In this document: piece by piece, positions 27,179-41,539 of the stretch
Numbering within the stretch: position 1 is the stretch's first letter
How the letters are laid out: the number at the start of each line of letters is the position of its first letter
Source of the DNA: Eledone cirrhosa
Taxonomy: Eukaryota
DNA length: 64,000 nucleotides
Direction: 5' to 3'
Assembly: GCA_964016885.1 (NCBI GenBank)
Contig: OZ024758.1
Location: 14,260,001 to 14,324,000, forward strand
The notes under the pieces: model-generated
Databases searched by the model: none
Seen by the model: the letters and a program-made list of their open reading frames with translations, nothing else
Told to the model about the DNA's origin: nothing
Translations under genes and position numbers: made by a program

Positions 27179-29371
27179 TTAAAGACACTGCTCCCATGAC
27201 CCTCTCAGGAATAATAATAATAATTGTTTATACTTTAGGCACAAGGCCAGCAATTACCCAGTGTATTACTGGTACTTTATTTTATCGACCCCCGTAAGGA
27301 TGAAAGGCAAAGTTAACCTCGGCGGGATTTGAACTCAGATCATAAAGGGACGTAACTCTATGCTTCAAAGCATGGTGTCCGACTCTCTACCGATACTGCC
27401 AATCCACAAGAAGAAGAAGGTAAAGAAGAAGAAGAAGAAGAAAAACAAAAAAAAGAAACAAAGTTGACCCCAGGAGTTGAACTTGAAGCACTTTTAATCT
27501 AATGCCTTGATGTTACAACCCCACCCCTTCAACAATGGCTTCTCTTTACAACATTTACAAATGCTGATCAATTTTCTCAAACATTATATTTTATTTCTTG
27601 AGAAAATATATTTCTTTATCTTTCTTTTTTTTTTTTTTTTTTTCGTGTCTGTTTCAGGAACAAATTTATTTCGAAAAAAAAAAAAAAATAATAATAATAA
27701 AAAAGTAATAACCTTCGAAACCTCTTGCTGTGATTTTTAATGGAACAATTTGTATGTAGAGTGATTGAGAATATCACAAGTGTCAGGTGGAGTTTATAAA
27801 ATCAATTCGCTAGTGTGTAATAACTGTTTCTACTCTTGGTACAAGGCCAGCAATTACCTAGTACATTACTGGTACTTTATTTTATCGACCCCGTAAGGAC
27901 GAAAGGCAAAGTTAACCTCGGCGAGATTTGAACTCAGATCATAAAGGGAGGTAACTATGCTTCAAAGCATATATAGTAATAATTGTTTCTACTTTTAGCA
28001 CAAGGCCAGCAATTACCCAGTACATTACTGGTACTTTATTTTATCGACCCCGTAAGGATGAAAGGCAAAGTTAACTTTTGTGTAGTGTGTAATAATATAT
28101 CTTTGAGAGAATCTATTTCTGTTCAGAGAATAGCAGAGAATAAATGATTATGAATGAATAATTTGGGACGAAAGGGTAAAAGTACTTTCACCCTTTAATA
28201 TTCAAACCGGCCAAAACTGGCTAGGATTCTGTACCCCTGTCTGTTGAAACTGGCTATAACTGGTAGCTGAAACTGGTGTTAAGGTATTGTTCTGAAAATA
28301 AATACTTTCAAAATCTCATAGATTCGATATTATGTGAGGTAAAACATTTGCCATGAAAATATAATAGAGTAATAATATATAGAGTAATATGAATGCCAAA
28401 GGGTTAATTTAATTGTTTTATATTGATCATAACATTCTTAACCATACATAATTATCATCACCATCACCATCATTGTTACCACCACCATCATTATCATTGT
28501 CAACATCACTACCACGACCACCACCTTCATCATTATCACCACCACCACCACCACCACTACCACCATCACCATCATTATCACTACCACTACCATTATCACC
28601 ACCACCACCACCACCACCACTACCACCACCACCATCATTATCACTACCACTACCATCATCGTTATCATCACCACCCCCACCATCATCATCGTTATCACCT
28701 CCAACATCATCACCACCATCATTATCATTGTCATCATCACTACCACCACCTTCATTGTTATCACCACCACCACCATCATTATCACTACCACTACCATCAT
28801 CATCGTCATCACAACCACCACCACCATCATTATCATTGTCATCATCACTGCCACCACCACCACCTCCATTGTTATCACCACCACCACCACTACCACCATC
28901 ACCATCATTATCACTACCACTACCATCATCATCGTTATCACCACCACTCCCATCATCGTTATCATCACCACCACCATCGTTATCACCTCCAACATCATCA
29001 CCATCATCACCACCATCACATTATCATTTAACGTTAGTTCTCTCTGCTAGCAAACGTCAGACAGGTCTTTACAGACCAAGTCAGTTCCCAAGCAGAGCTA
29101 CTGACCTCTCAGATGAGCTGAGGGCCTACATCACACTCACATGTTCCCACACTCTACCAAGTGCATTTTATTGTGGCACCAGCACTAGGGGTGTTGTCAT
29201 GTCTTTCACAAAGCTGAACTGGTCCTTTGGTTGACAGGTTTTCTACAGCTGGATCCCTTTCTCATCCCCATCCCCACTTTCCGAGTCTACCATGAGTATT
29301 CCAGTTGAATGATCAACAGAATGAACATTCCAGACACATCTACCTTTATGTAATTCTCTTATTATTATTAT

Positions 29372-30375
29372 TGGCAGCATCGGTAGAGCGCCAGACAACA
29401 TGCTTAGCGGCATAGAGTTACAGCCCTTTACGTTCTGAGTTCAAATCCCACCGAGGTTGGCTTTGCCTTTCATCCTTACAGGGTCAATAAAATAAAGTAC
29501 CAGTAATGTACTGGGGGCGATTTAATTGACTTCCCTTCTCCCCAAATTATTGGCCTTGTGCCTATAGTAGCAATCATTCTGGCAGTATCGGTAGAGGGTC
29601 GGACGCCATGCTTTGCAGCATAGAGTTATGGCCCTTTATGATCCGAGATCAAATCCCGCCGAGGTTAACTTTGCCCTTCATCCTTACGGGGTCAATAAAA
29701 TAAAGTACCAGTCACGCACTGGGATCGATTTAATCGACTTTGCCCTCCCCCAAAAGTGATGGCCTTGTGTCTATATAAGCAACCATTATTATTGATAGTA
29801 TCAGTAGAGTGGCAGACAACACGCTTAGAGGCATAGAGTTATGGCCCTTTACATTCTGAGTTTAAATTCCACCGAGGTTAACTTTTTTCATTCTTACGGG
29901 GGTTGATAAAATAAAGTACCAGTAATGTACTGGGGGAGGGGGGGGGGTTGATTTAATTGACTTTTCACTTCCCCCAAATCACTGGCCTTGTGCCTAAATC
30001 AGAAACCATTATTATCGTGGCAGTATTGGTAGAGGGTCGGACGCCATGCTTTGACGCATAGAGTTACGTCCCTTGCCATTCTGAGTTCAAATCCCGCCGA
30101 GGTTAACTTTGCCTTTCAATCCTTACAAGAGGGGGTCGATAAAATAAAGTACCAGTAATACACTGGGATAATTGCTGGCCTTGTGCCAAAAGTTGAAACA
30201 ATTATCGGCAGAGGGTCGGGCGTCATGCTTTGCAGCATAGAGTTACGGCCCTTTACGGTCTGAGTTCAAATCTTGCTGAGGTTAACTTTGCCTTTCATCC
30301 TTACGGGGATCGATAAAATAAAGTACCAGTAATACACTGGGATAATTGCTGGCCTTGTGCCAAAAGTTGAAACCA
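29372..30375 (+). mobile_element. Head-to-tail cluster of five Nin-domain SINEs
   Basis: Units start near 29372, 29580, 29795, 30018 and 30207. Confidence 0.85.
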
Positions 30376-30954
30376 TCATCTTTCTTCTACAGCAGTCTTT
30401 GTTTCAAGTATCAAATTACTCATACTTGAAATTCTTTAAAACCTCAGCTTGTGTTAGAACAATTCTCTACATTTTTATCTCTCTCTTCTCTCACTTTTGA
30501 ATAAAGAAGTAACTTTGTATTTTATTGACATCCTCATCTCTTTATTTTCAACAAAAGGTTACTTCGTTTATATTCATTGATTCATTTTAATGAAATGAAA
30601 TTCTTACATGAATTAAATTATATTTTCATACCTTTCCCCCCTATCTCTTTATTTAAATTTTTCCTTTGTTTCTTTCTTTTTTCATCTCTTGGTTTCTTAT
30701 TGCATCCATCCTTTCTTTCTTCATTTCTTTTTTCCTTCTTTCTTCACTTTTTTTTCTTTTCTTTCTTTCCTCTCGTCACTTCTTTCTTCCTTTCTGTAAC
30801 TCTTTATCTCCTCTCTTTTTTCTTCATGTCTTTCCTCTCATGATCTTTTCTTTCTTTTATCATAATTTTTTCTTTCATTTTTAAATTTCAGTCTGCATTT
30901 TTCCCTCCTTCAGAGTTGAGTTTGCAAATCACACATTTGACAGGTTTTTGTCAA

Positions 30955-32482
30955 AAATATACCACAGTAGAAATAAATATACCACAATAGAAATAAAATA
31001 TACCACAATAGAAATAAAATATACCACAATAGAAATAAAATATATCACAATAGAAATAAAATATACCACAGTAGAAATAAAATATACCACAGTAGAAATA
31101 AAATATACCACAGTAGAAATAAAATATACCACAGTAGAAATAAAATATACCACAATAGAAATAAATATACCACAATAGAAATAAATATACCACAATAGAA
31201 ATAAATATACCACAATAGAAATAAAATATATCACAATAGAAATAAAATATACCACAGTAGAAATAAAATATACCACAGTAGAAATAAAATATACCACAGT
31301 AGAAATAAATATACCACAATAGAAATAAATATACCACAATAGAAATAAATATACCACAATAGAAATAAATATACCACAATAGAAATAAATATACCACAGT
31401 AGAAATAAATATACCACAGTAGAAATAAATATACCACAATAGAAATAAAAATATACCGCAGCAGAAATAAAATATACCACAGTAGAAATAAAATATACCA
31501 CAGTAAAAATAAAATAAATATACCACAGTTGAAATAAAATAAATATACCGCAGTAGAAATAAAATATACCACAGCAGAAATAAATATGCTATACTATAGC
31601 AAAAATAATTATACCACAACAGAAATAAATATATCACAATAGAAATAGATATACCACAATAGTAATAAAATATACCACAGTAGAAATAAATATACCACAG
31701 TAGAAATAAATATACCACAGTAGAAATAAAATAAATATACCACAGTAGAAATAAAATAAATATACCACAGAAGAAATAAAATATACTCCAGCAGAAATAA
31801 ATATGCTATACTATAGCAGAAATAAATATACCACAACAGAAATAAATATATCACAGTAGAAATAAATATATCACAGTAGAAATAAAATATACTCCAGCAG
31901 AAATAAATATGCTATACTATAGCAGAAATAAATATACCACAGTAGAAATAAATATGCTATACTATAGCAGAAATAAATATACCACAGTAGAAATAAAATA
32001 AATATACCACAGTAGAAATAAAATAAATATACCACAGAAGAAATAAAATAAATATACCACAGAAGAAATAAAATATACTCCAGCAGAAATAAATATGCTA
32101 TACTATAGCAGAAATAAATATACCACAACAGAAATAAATATATCACAGTAGAAATAGATATACCACAATAGTAATAAAATATACTCCAGCAGAAATAAAT
32201 ATGCTATACTATAGCAGAAATAAATATACCATACTATAGCAGAAATAAATATACCACAGTAGAAATAAATATGTTATACTATAGCAGAAATAAATATACC
32301 ACAGTAGAAATAAAATAAATATACCACAGTAGAAATAAAATAAATATACCACAGTAGAAATAAAATAAATATACCACAGAAGAAATAAAATATACCCCAG
32401 CAGAAATAAATATGCTATACTATAGCAGAAATAAATATACCACAGTAGAAAAAAATAAATATATTACAGCAGAAATAAATAT
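30955..32482. repeat. 20-25-bp AT-rich minisatellite with higher-order variants
   Basis: Core aaatataccacagtagaaata; variant aaatatgctatactatagcagaaat appears in the right half. Confidence 0.92.
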
Positions 32483-34357
32483 TTTGAAACATTAAAACAT
32501 TACTCATCAAATTTTTTTGTTTTTATAAAAAGAATTACAAATGCACTTGAATCAACAGTTCTGATTTTCTTAAAATACAAAGTTAGCTTCATTAGTTTCA
32601 TATTCAATGTTTTTGAAGAGAAAGTATGACTTGTTGCTCAAAGAATATCTTTGTATTTTGGGAGCATGTTTGTTGATTTGAGTGCATTTATTGTACAGTA
32701 GTTTTAAATGAAATTCTTAGTGATTCATGCTTAACATTGTATGTATTTATAGGGCGGTGAATTAACAGAGTCATTAGTCTGTATTCCAGACCTGCCAACC
32801 TCTAATAAAGCTGTTGTACAGACCACACACTTGCATGGATCAGAATCTTGGCTGCATATAGGTTGTACATCAACAAACTGGACGTCTTTCATAAATGTAG
32901 TCTTCGAGCAATCTGTGGTTACACTAAGAACAAAATATGAGGTATTGAGACCTTTCTCATGCAATCACAGACCTGCCAGCCTCTAAAAACCTGAACGGGG
33001 AGCACCATGAAAAAGGTGCCCCAAAACGGGGAGAAACGAGGCAAAATGGGGAGATTTTACATAATGAAAGCTATACCCATTTTCACAAAAGAAGAGAGAT
33101 CTTCCACCCAAAGTGGGTGGGAGATCTCCCCATCGGATGGGGAGAGTTGACAGGTATAGTATTCTGTACTTGTACTTTTTAAGATCCTCTTTGACAACAT
33201 TTCTGCAAGTTTCTGTGGAGAGACCCAAGGATTGACACAAATTGAAAGCTCTTCCTAACCCCTTGTTTGGCAAGTTTTATATGGCTGGATGCCCTTCTTA
33301 ACACCAACCACTTTACACCATGTACTGGGTGTTGTTATTGTGTAGATCACTAGGGAGGCTGTCATGTCCTTGACACAACTAAAGGGTGCTCTCAATCTTT
33401 TGTTTGGTAAACTGTCTATGGCTGGATGCCCTTCCTATCACCAACCACTTTACAGTGTACTGGGTGTGTTTACTATGTAGATCACCAACACTACAGTGGT
33501 TGTGGTGTCTTTAGCCTTTTAGCGTTTAAACTGACCATATCCAACTGCTCATACTTATGTTAAGGTATTGTTCTCAAAATAAATAAAATCAAAATCTCAT
33601 AGATTCAATATTATGTGAGATAAAGCGTTTACCATGAAAATATAATAGTATATATAGAGTAATATAAATGCTAAAGGGTTAACCCAACTAAAGGCTCCTC
33701 TCAACCCTTTTAGACATGGTTTCTACTGCGAGGTGCCCTTCCTGTCACCAACGACCCATACAGAATGTATTGGGTTCATTGTCGCGTCACCATCAGTAGA
33801 GAGGTTTTTGGTCATAGATCCAACAGTAGAGCCCTCACAGCCCCTATGTCCCATCCTCACAGCTGGTGGGGCATAAGGGAGGTAGATAGGTTTGAAGTTA
33901 TAGGGGATTTGACAGGATGATGAGTAAAGGGTAGAGGTGGCAGATTAGTGTATTAGGATATAATGGTGTGGGAGATGTGGTCCATTTGGCAAGGGAGGGG
34001 GGTGAGGCCATGATGGAGACATAGGTAGGGGGTAAGGGATGAATAAGGGACAGGGATAGCTAGTTAGTGTAAGGGGAGAGGGGATAGAGTCGTGTGGGGG
34101 GGGGGAGGTGTTCGATATAGAGGGAGTCATTGTGAAGAGATAAGAGAGGGTGGTGGTGATGAGGTAAGGGGTGGTAGTGGGGTGTGAACTAGGGAGAGGA
34201 TAGATGGTGGGAGGGATCGGTTAGTGTATGGGGAGAGGGAATATCTGTGTATGTGTGTGTGTATCAAGGGTGGTGCCCCAGCATGGCCTCAGCCAGATGG
34301 CTGGAACAAGTAAAAGAGTATATATATATATAAAAATCTATATATATATAGATACAT

Positions 34358-34388
<31 letters not shown>

Positions 34389-34432
34389 CACACACATGCA
34401 TACATACACACACACACATACATACATATACA

Positions 34433-35125
34433 CATGTGACCTGGGCATTACGGTCAGCAGCGATTTGCGTTGGACGAGGCACGTCTCTAAAATTGTCAAG
34501 AGGGCCGAGGGTGTCTTAGCATCACTCAGCAAGACCTTTGTCAGCCGCTCTCCAGATATCTATTTAAGGCTGTATACAGCTATGGTGCGACCACACTTAG
34601 AATTTGCATCACCAGTCTGGAACCCCTATCTTACTCAGGACATTGACCGCCTGGAAACTGTTCAGAGACGTGCAACCAAGCGAATACCCTCCATCAGGCA
34701 TCTACCATACTCTGAGCGCCTTGCTTCCCTGGGCATGGATTCATTGAAGCTCCGACGCCTGGCAACTGACTTGGTAAACACCCACAAAATTGTTAACCAT
34801 GTTGCCAACAACAACCCTGAGTGCCTTTTCGATTTCCATGTGTCTAACACACGTGGACATGCCCACAAAGTCAGAAAACAGCACAGTTCCCATGACTTTC
34901 GGAAACATTTTTTCAGAGTTGCTGAAGCATGGAACAAACTACCTGCATCAGTTGTTAGCTGTCGAGACACTGCATCCTTTAAGGCCTCCATGCTTCCCGA
35001 GATCCGCCAACAGAACAGCTAACACATACACACATGTACTTCCCTGACATTTGTGTATTATTCTATGTACTATATTGACGAGTTGTAGTGCACCTGAGCA
35101 CTTTACACAATAATTTCATTATTAT
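34433..35125 (+). mobile_element. 5'-truncated CR1/L2-group LINE
   Basis: DLGITVSSDLRW, LYTAMVRPHLEFASPVWNPY, LETVQRRATK, TRGH, WNKLP; (ATT)n tail. Confidence 0.9.
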
Positions 35126-35175
35126 TTTTATACACATACTCACACATATATAAGTATATAAATACACACACACAC

Positions 35176-35432
<257 letters not shown>

Positions 35433-35867
35433 TTATAAACATTTATCTCGTCACAAACTAGAGAACGACGTTATATTGAAGGTAACTGTTAACGATTGAA
35501 TGTTGGCTTATTAATCAATCAATTCCTTTGTAATTATAAGTTCTTTTCGTTGATTTCAAGGCTGTCTCTTTTGTATTGAAAATTGTTTATTAAATGTAGA
35601 GCTCAGTGGTTATTATGGTCAAATATAAACATATATATATATATATACTGTATGGTTATACACACATTTATACAAAACACACACACACGTGTTTTCAATC
35701 AATTTTGTTAACGGCTTAGTTTATCGATCTCTTTAAGGGACATATTCTAGGCTTGATAAAATTTACTTTGAATTCATATAAGAATTTCCAGAACTATGAT
35801 CTACACACTCTAGTATCTCTACAAAATTTCAACAAAAAATATAAAATCGGTGGTGTCATTATTTTAG

Positions 35868-36049
35868 GCGGATTGGCAGTATTGGTAGAGTCGGACGTCA
35901 TGCTTTGACGCATAGAGTTACGGCCCTTGCCATTCTGAGTTCAAATCCCGCCGAGCTCAACTTTGCCTTTCATCCTTACGGGGTCGATAAAATAAAGTAG
36001 ACCAGTAATGCACTGGGTATTTGTTGGCCTTGTGCCTAAAGTAGAAACA
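35868..36049 (+). mobile_element. Nin-domain SINE with 10-bp TSD attattttag
   Basis: TSD at 35858-35867 and 36050-36059; empty homologous site at 39604-39613. Confidence 0.85.
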
Positions 36050-36342
36050 ATTATTTTAGAAGACACAGATATATATTACAATCAAAGGGAGGTAATCATA
36101 AAACTTTCTACCCGGCTTGTGAACATCTACGTGGTCAACAACAATACTGGAAACAGCAGCCAAACATTGAAATTTATATAAAAGAAAATGCTAGAAAAAG
36201 CAGCCATATCTCCTTCAAATTACACATCGTATTATATTTCAGAATGCTAGAATTGGCAGTCAAATCTTCATTTCATTCTTTTAAATGATGATTTATGAAA
36301 AAAAAACTTTCAGTATATTTTCGGGGAAAAGTTATATATATA

Positions 36343-36680
36343 TCATTCATTTCATCATACGTCCGCTTTTTCCCTGCTTGCAAGGGTGGGACGGGAACTG
36401 ATTCTGGCTTGATTTCTACAGCTGGATGCCCTTCCTAACACCAACCTCATTTACAGTGAGTGCTGGGTGCTTTTTTGCCGTGGCACCTCCACGACCATTT
36501 TACAGTGGAATGATAGGGACCCCAGTCCCTACCATCTCATTTCTACAGCTGAGTAAACTGGAGCAATGTGAAATAAAGTGTCTTGCTCAAGGAAACAACA
36601 CATCACCCGGTCTGAGAATTGAACTCACAACCTTTCGATTGCAAGGCCAACGCTCTAACCACTAAGCCATGTGCCTCCAT
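36343..36680 (-). mobile_element. tRNA/RTE SINE copy
   Basis: Reverse complement of the 18381 copy. Confidence 0.85.
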
Positions 36681-37806
36681 ATATATATATATATATACAC
36701 ACACATATGTAGAAGAGATATTTAATTTGTTGGAAATCCAACAAATATAGATGTTTACAACTGATTCAGAGCACTCGATAGATCCAGGAATAACTTGAAC
36801 CATTAAGGTATATTATCCTTGGTCATGTTAAATATTTATAAAACATTTTGTATTTTATCTGATGATAGCGTACCAAAATTGTTGGTACCCTTGAAATATA
36901 TATAATAGAATAAATATAGCTTTATAAATATAGTTTCCATTTATTTAATATCATTGAATACACACACATATATATATACACACACACACAGACACATATA
37001 TATACATACACACACATTGATCAATACACACATTAATATACATACATTAATCAATACACACATACACATTATATAGCAATGTTATATACACACGTTTAAT
37101 ACTAGAAATAATTGTTTCTACTTTTGGCACAAGGCCAGCAATTACCCAGTACATTACTGGTACTTTATTTTATCGACCCCGTAAGGATGAAAGGCAAAGT
37201 TAACCTCGGTGGGATTTGAACTCAGATCGTAAAGGGACGTAACTCTATGCGTCAAAGCATGGCGTCCGACCCTCTACTGATACTGCAAATCCAAGAAATA
37301 ATTAAAGAGAATTTGTTTAAAGCAGACGACACATACATTCTTATGTATATTCGAACATTTGTTTAAACTATTTAAAATAAAATAAATAGATATCATTGAA
37401 ACATACTTATAAACGACAGTTAAATCCCAAACATTTAGAAAATTATTCGAACTATGCAGAAGAAATACAAATATTTCAATAAACTTTTTCGTAGTCGCTA
37501 ACGACTGAATCTTGGTTTATTAATCAATCAATTCCTTTGTAATTAGTTTTTTTCCATTGATTTCAAAGCTGACTCTTCTATTGAAAATTGCTTATTAAAT
37601 GTAGAGCTTAAAGTATTTATCATGGTCAAATATAAACAGACACACGTACACACATATATATAGTTTACATATACACACATATATACTGTATACATATATA
37701 CATACACATATATACTGTATACACACACTTATACAAAACGCACGCGCACACACACACACATACAAAACGCACGCACACACACACACTTATACAAAACGCA
37801 CGCACG

Positions 37807-37850
<44 letters not shown>

Positions 37851-38114
37851 TTTATAAAAAGAAAACATACACACACACATAAATAGCTGTGTTTATTTTT
37901 TCAGCAGCAAATGTCTGTTTTCAATCAATTTGTTTAACTTTGATAGCGGCTTATTTTATCGATCTCTTGAATTAAAAAAACTCTTATATGTTACGGGACA
38001 CATATATAAATATCTCATAAAACCTATTAAAAATAACATTTAAATCTCCCTCTAACCACAAAGTTTTTTTTAAATACAGGGAACACCAGCGAAACACCTT
38101 TTTCTGGTGTTTTA

Positions 38115-38430
38115 GGCAATGTTAGCAGTACCAACAAAATCTTCCCCAAACTATAGATAAATTGGTGTCACTGCCTTCGTTGCCGAACAGAATAAAATTC
38201 GGAAATACCTGGATTTATCCAGTACTCATTTCTTCCAACTTGTGGTGTTCGAGGCGTTTGGGGGAAGTATAAATCACTGACAGCGAAGTTCTTGTCATCG
38301 CTGGCGGCTCGCCTTACTGAGGTGTCAGGTGACACCCGTGAGGGTCCTTGGTTGTTTTGCCGCCTTAGCCTCGCCATCACCCGTGGTAATGTTGCCAGTG
38401 TGTTGGCTTGCCTCAAAGTGTTCCATTGAC
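38115..38430 (+). mobile_element. 3' fragment of a CRE/NeSL-like non-LTR retrotransposon (restriction-like endonuclease region)
   Basis: AFVAEQNKIRKYLDLSSTHFFQLVVFEAFG, frameshift, KFLSSLAARLTEVSGDTREGPWLFCRLSLAITRGNVASVL. Confidence 0.72.
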
Positions 38431-38732
38431 CTCTAAGATGTGATGTGAGGCCGATTGTCGCACTTTAGTGGTGAATTGATGGTCGTTTTTCTTTTCCCCC
38501 CTTTTTTCTTTCTTTTTTTCCCTCTCGTTTATGTGTTTATATTTGTGTTTATCCCCGACATTATATTTGAAATGTTCTTCTGAAAGAATTGCGAGCAATT
38601 TATATTACTTACGCATTTGTAATGTTATTTATACAACTGTGAATAAAACATACCTTTTTAATGTGTCAGAAAATATGATAGAAATAGCAAAGAATTATAC
38701 CTTTAATCACATATTCTAGTCCTTTTAAAATG

Positions 38733-39520
38733 CTCTTCTTCGCCCACTTATTCCTGAGAGGATCGTGGGGGTGGGGGACAGATTCCTCAAACACTCCTTC
38801 CAGTGGGTCCTATCAGAAGAAACCGTCTCCAACTGATCCGGCTGGATCCCCAAGTGTAACCAGCCAAGCTCATGGATGTTACCCAAACATCTTGCTCAGG
38901 GTCTACCCTTGGGTCTCCTGCCGGTTGGTTTTGTCCGTAAAATCTGTCCAGCGATTCTTTCCTGAGACATTCTAACATGTCCGTAGTATTGGAGCTGTGA
39001 TCTTTCAATTCGAAGAAGTAGCGGCTCTACCTGGAGTGACTCTCTGATCTCCGAGCTACACACTCTATCGAGTAACATTTCTCAAAAGACCCTTCAGAGG
39101 AACCCCATTTCAACCGCTTATATTCACGATCGCATTATTTCGGTCATTACCCAAGATGTGGTAAGAGTTGGGCCCAAACACCGAATTTAACATATCAAGT
39201 TTGGCTTTTACATTTACCCTTCTTTTTTTGATTACCAACTGCTGAAGTTGGTGTATGACTACACCAGCTCCGGCAATTCTTGCATTTAATTCAGCCTCCT
39301 GCCTTCCATCACCCGTGAACACGGTCCCGAGATACTTGAACTTCTCCACCTGCTTCAGTGGAACTCCATCCACATGTAGAGTACACAGCACAGGCTTCCT
39401 TGAGAGGACGAGTGTTTCAAGCTTTGCAGCACTAGATATAAAACCTATCAAGTGCATGTCGGAGATCCCCTGCCGATGAGATAAGTAACACCATCACCTG
39501 CAAATGCCAGTCGATAATCT
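38733..39520 (-). mobile_element. 5'-truncated copy of a second RTE-like LINE family, (GAA)n tail
   Basis: LKQVEKFKYLG, ERSQLQYYGHVRM, GRRPKGRP; 3' end gaataagtgggcgaagaag. Confidence 0.85.
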
Positions 39521-40844
39521 ACATACTTTAATAAGTATCTCCACAAAATTTCAACAAAAAATATGGATTATTTAAGAAAATTATTAACAAAATCAGTGGT
39601 GTCATTATTTTAGAAAACTCTGGTAAATATTATGGTGAAAGGGAGGTAATCATAAAACTATCAACCCTACTTGTGGACATTTACGTGGTCAACAACAATG
39701 CTAGAAACAGCAGCCAAGCATTGAAATTTATATAAAAGAAAATGCTAGACACAGCAACCAAATCTTTAAATCACACATCCTGTAGTCTTTTAGAACGCTA
39801 GAAATAGCAGCCAAGTCTTCCTTCCATTTTTTTCTTTTTATTATGACTCACGAAAAAAAATTCAATATATTTTCAAGCAAAATATATAACTTTTGTAGAC
39901 ATACACACACACAATATATATATATATATATATAACGAAAGGGGTGTGGTAAGGAACCAGATGGACCATAATGTACCAGAGTACTCAATACTTAGGGTAG
40001 TACAGTGGGTAATAGGAAAAAGTTTAACCCCGACAGCAGAGCTCAAGCCGTTTCGACGGCTATTTCTGGACGCCCAGAAACGGCTTGAGCTCTGCCGTCG
40101 GGATTAAACCTTTCCCTATGTATATATAATTGTATGTGTGTGTGTGTGTAACAATATACACACTTCGATAGTAGATAACTCAAAGTATGTATATATTTTT
40201 TAGAACAGCCTGTATATATATAGTGTGTGTATACGTATATGTGTATATATTAGAGCAACATGAATGTGTGTGCATGTGTGTGACGTGCTTTTCTTTACGT
40301 TACGTAAATTCGCGGTTCAACAAAAACTGATAACATAAAGAGATATACATTCTTATGTATGTATGAACATTTGTTTAAACTATTTTAAATATAAAAAATA
40401 GATCTCATAGAAACAGAATTATAAACAGGAGACTAATCCCAAACACGAGTACTTACAGTTGACCAGTTCAGCATGACTGTCCTAGATGAAGTGGGGAAAA
40501 CATTCTCTAGACTGTGAGAGTCCACGTGTAGACCACCCCGTAGTCCTGGCGGTCAGAATCGATAAAACGTTGTCCTAAGGAATAATGAGTTTAGAAAATG
40601 CTTCAAACTCTGCAGAAGAAATACAAATTTTTCATAAAGTCAGACGGAGTGGCATCATGGGTAGAAGATAAATAAATGAATTTTTTTTTTAAGGATGAAA
40701 GATGAGTTTTTTAATGTTATATCCCAGATATCTCTTTGTTATTAAAGTAGCTAAATAAACGTATGGACATATTTCCTCGCTTTGGTACATCTCAAAATGT
40801 CTTTTTCCGATTTCAGCTTTCCCTCTTTAATGTTTTAGTATATC

Positions 40845-41180
40845 ACAGCATGACTTAGTGGTTAGAGCGTTGGGCTTACAGTCGTGAGGTTGTGAGTTCG
40901 ATTCTCCGACTGGGCTTTGCGTTGTGACCTTCAGCAAGACACTTTATTTCATGTTGCTCCAGTTTATTCAGCTTTAGAAATGAGTTGAAACGTCACTGGT
41001 GCCAAGCTGTATCGGCCATTGCCTTTCTCTTGGACAACATCGGTGGCGTGGAGAGGGGAGAATGGTATGCATGGGTGACTACTGGTCTTCCACAAAACAA
41101 GCTTGCCCTTACTTGTGCCTCGGAGGGGAACTCTATAGGTTCAAATCTCATGGTCATTCGTGAACGAAGGGGTTCTTTAC
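40845..41180 (+). mobile_element. Related tRNA-head SINE with a different 3' body
   Basis: Same head and core (caagacactttatttca..ttgctccagt), distinct tail; second copy at ~56785-57120 on the minus strand. Confidence 0.7.
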
Positions 41181-41332
41181 TCTTACTCTATTTTTGCACT
41201 GTTTTTACAGTTATTGAATTTGCTATTTTAAATGTTTACACACAGACGCACACATTTCCTCCACAAACACAGATTTCATTTCTGTTTTAGCTCGTTCCAA
41301 CCACCTCGTGCGGTCCATGCACTCCCTCTTAA

Positions 41333-41363
<31 letters not shown>

Positions 41364-41539
41364 GAGAGAGAGGTTAAGGACCAAAACACTTGCTTGAGAG
41401 TAGCCCGTACCTAGAGAATGACACTATATATCGAGGGTAACCTCCACCTAAACGATGCTATACCGAGGGTAATCGCTAACGATTGAATGTTGGGTTATTA
41501 ATTAATCAATTCTTTTTTAATTCCTGTGATTTAAAAGGT

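Noticed and set aside
24331-29234. His-, Pro-, Thr- and Gly-rich ORFs
   Set aside because: Translations of (CAC/CAT)n microsatellites that are open in several frames
30929-32146. Hydrophobic membrane-protein-like ORFs
   Set aside because: Translations of an AT-rich minisatellite
32731-32964. Possible host exon
   Set aside because: Plus strand gives LHGSESW and INKLDVFHKCSLRAI, a decayed RTE LINE fragment
36426-36665. Recurrent ORF with KLEQCEIKCLAQGNN (also 7676, 51178, 58816, 59627)
   Set aside because: Antisense reading of the SINE
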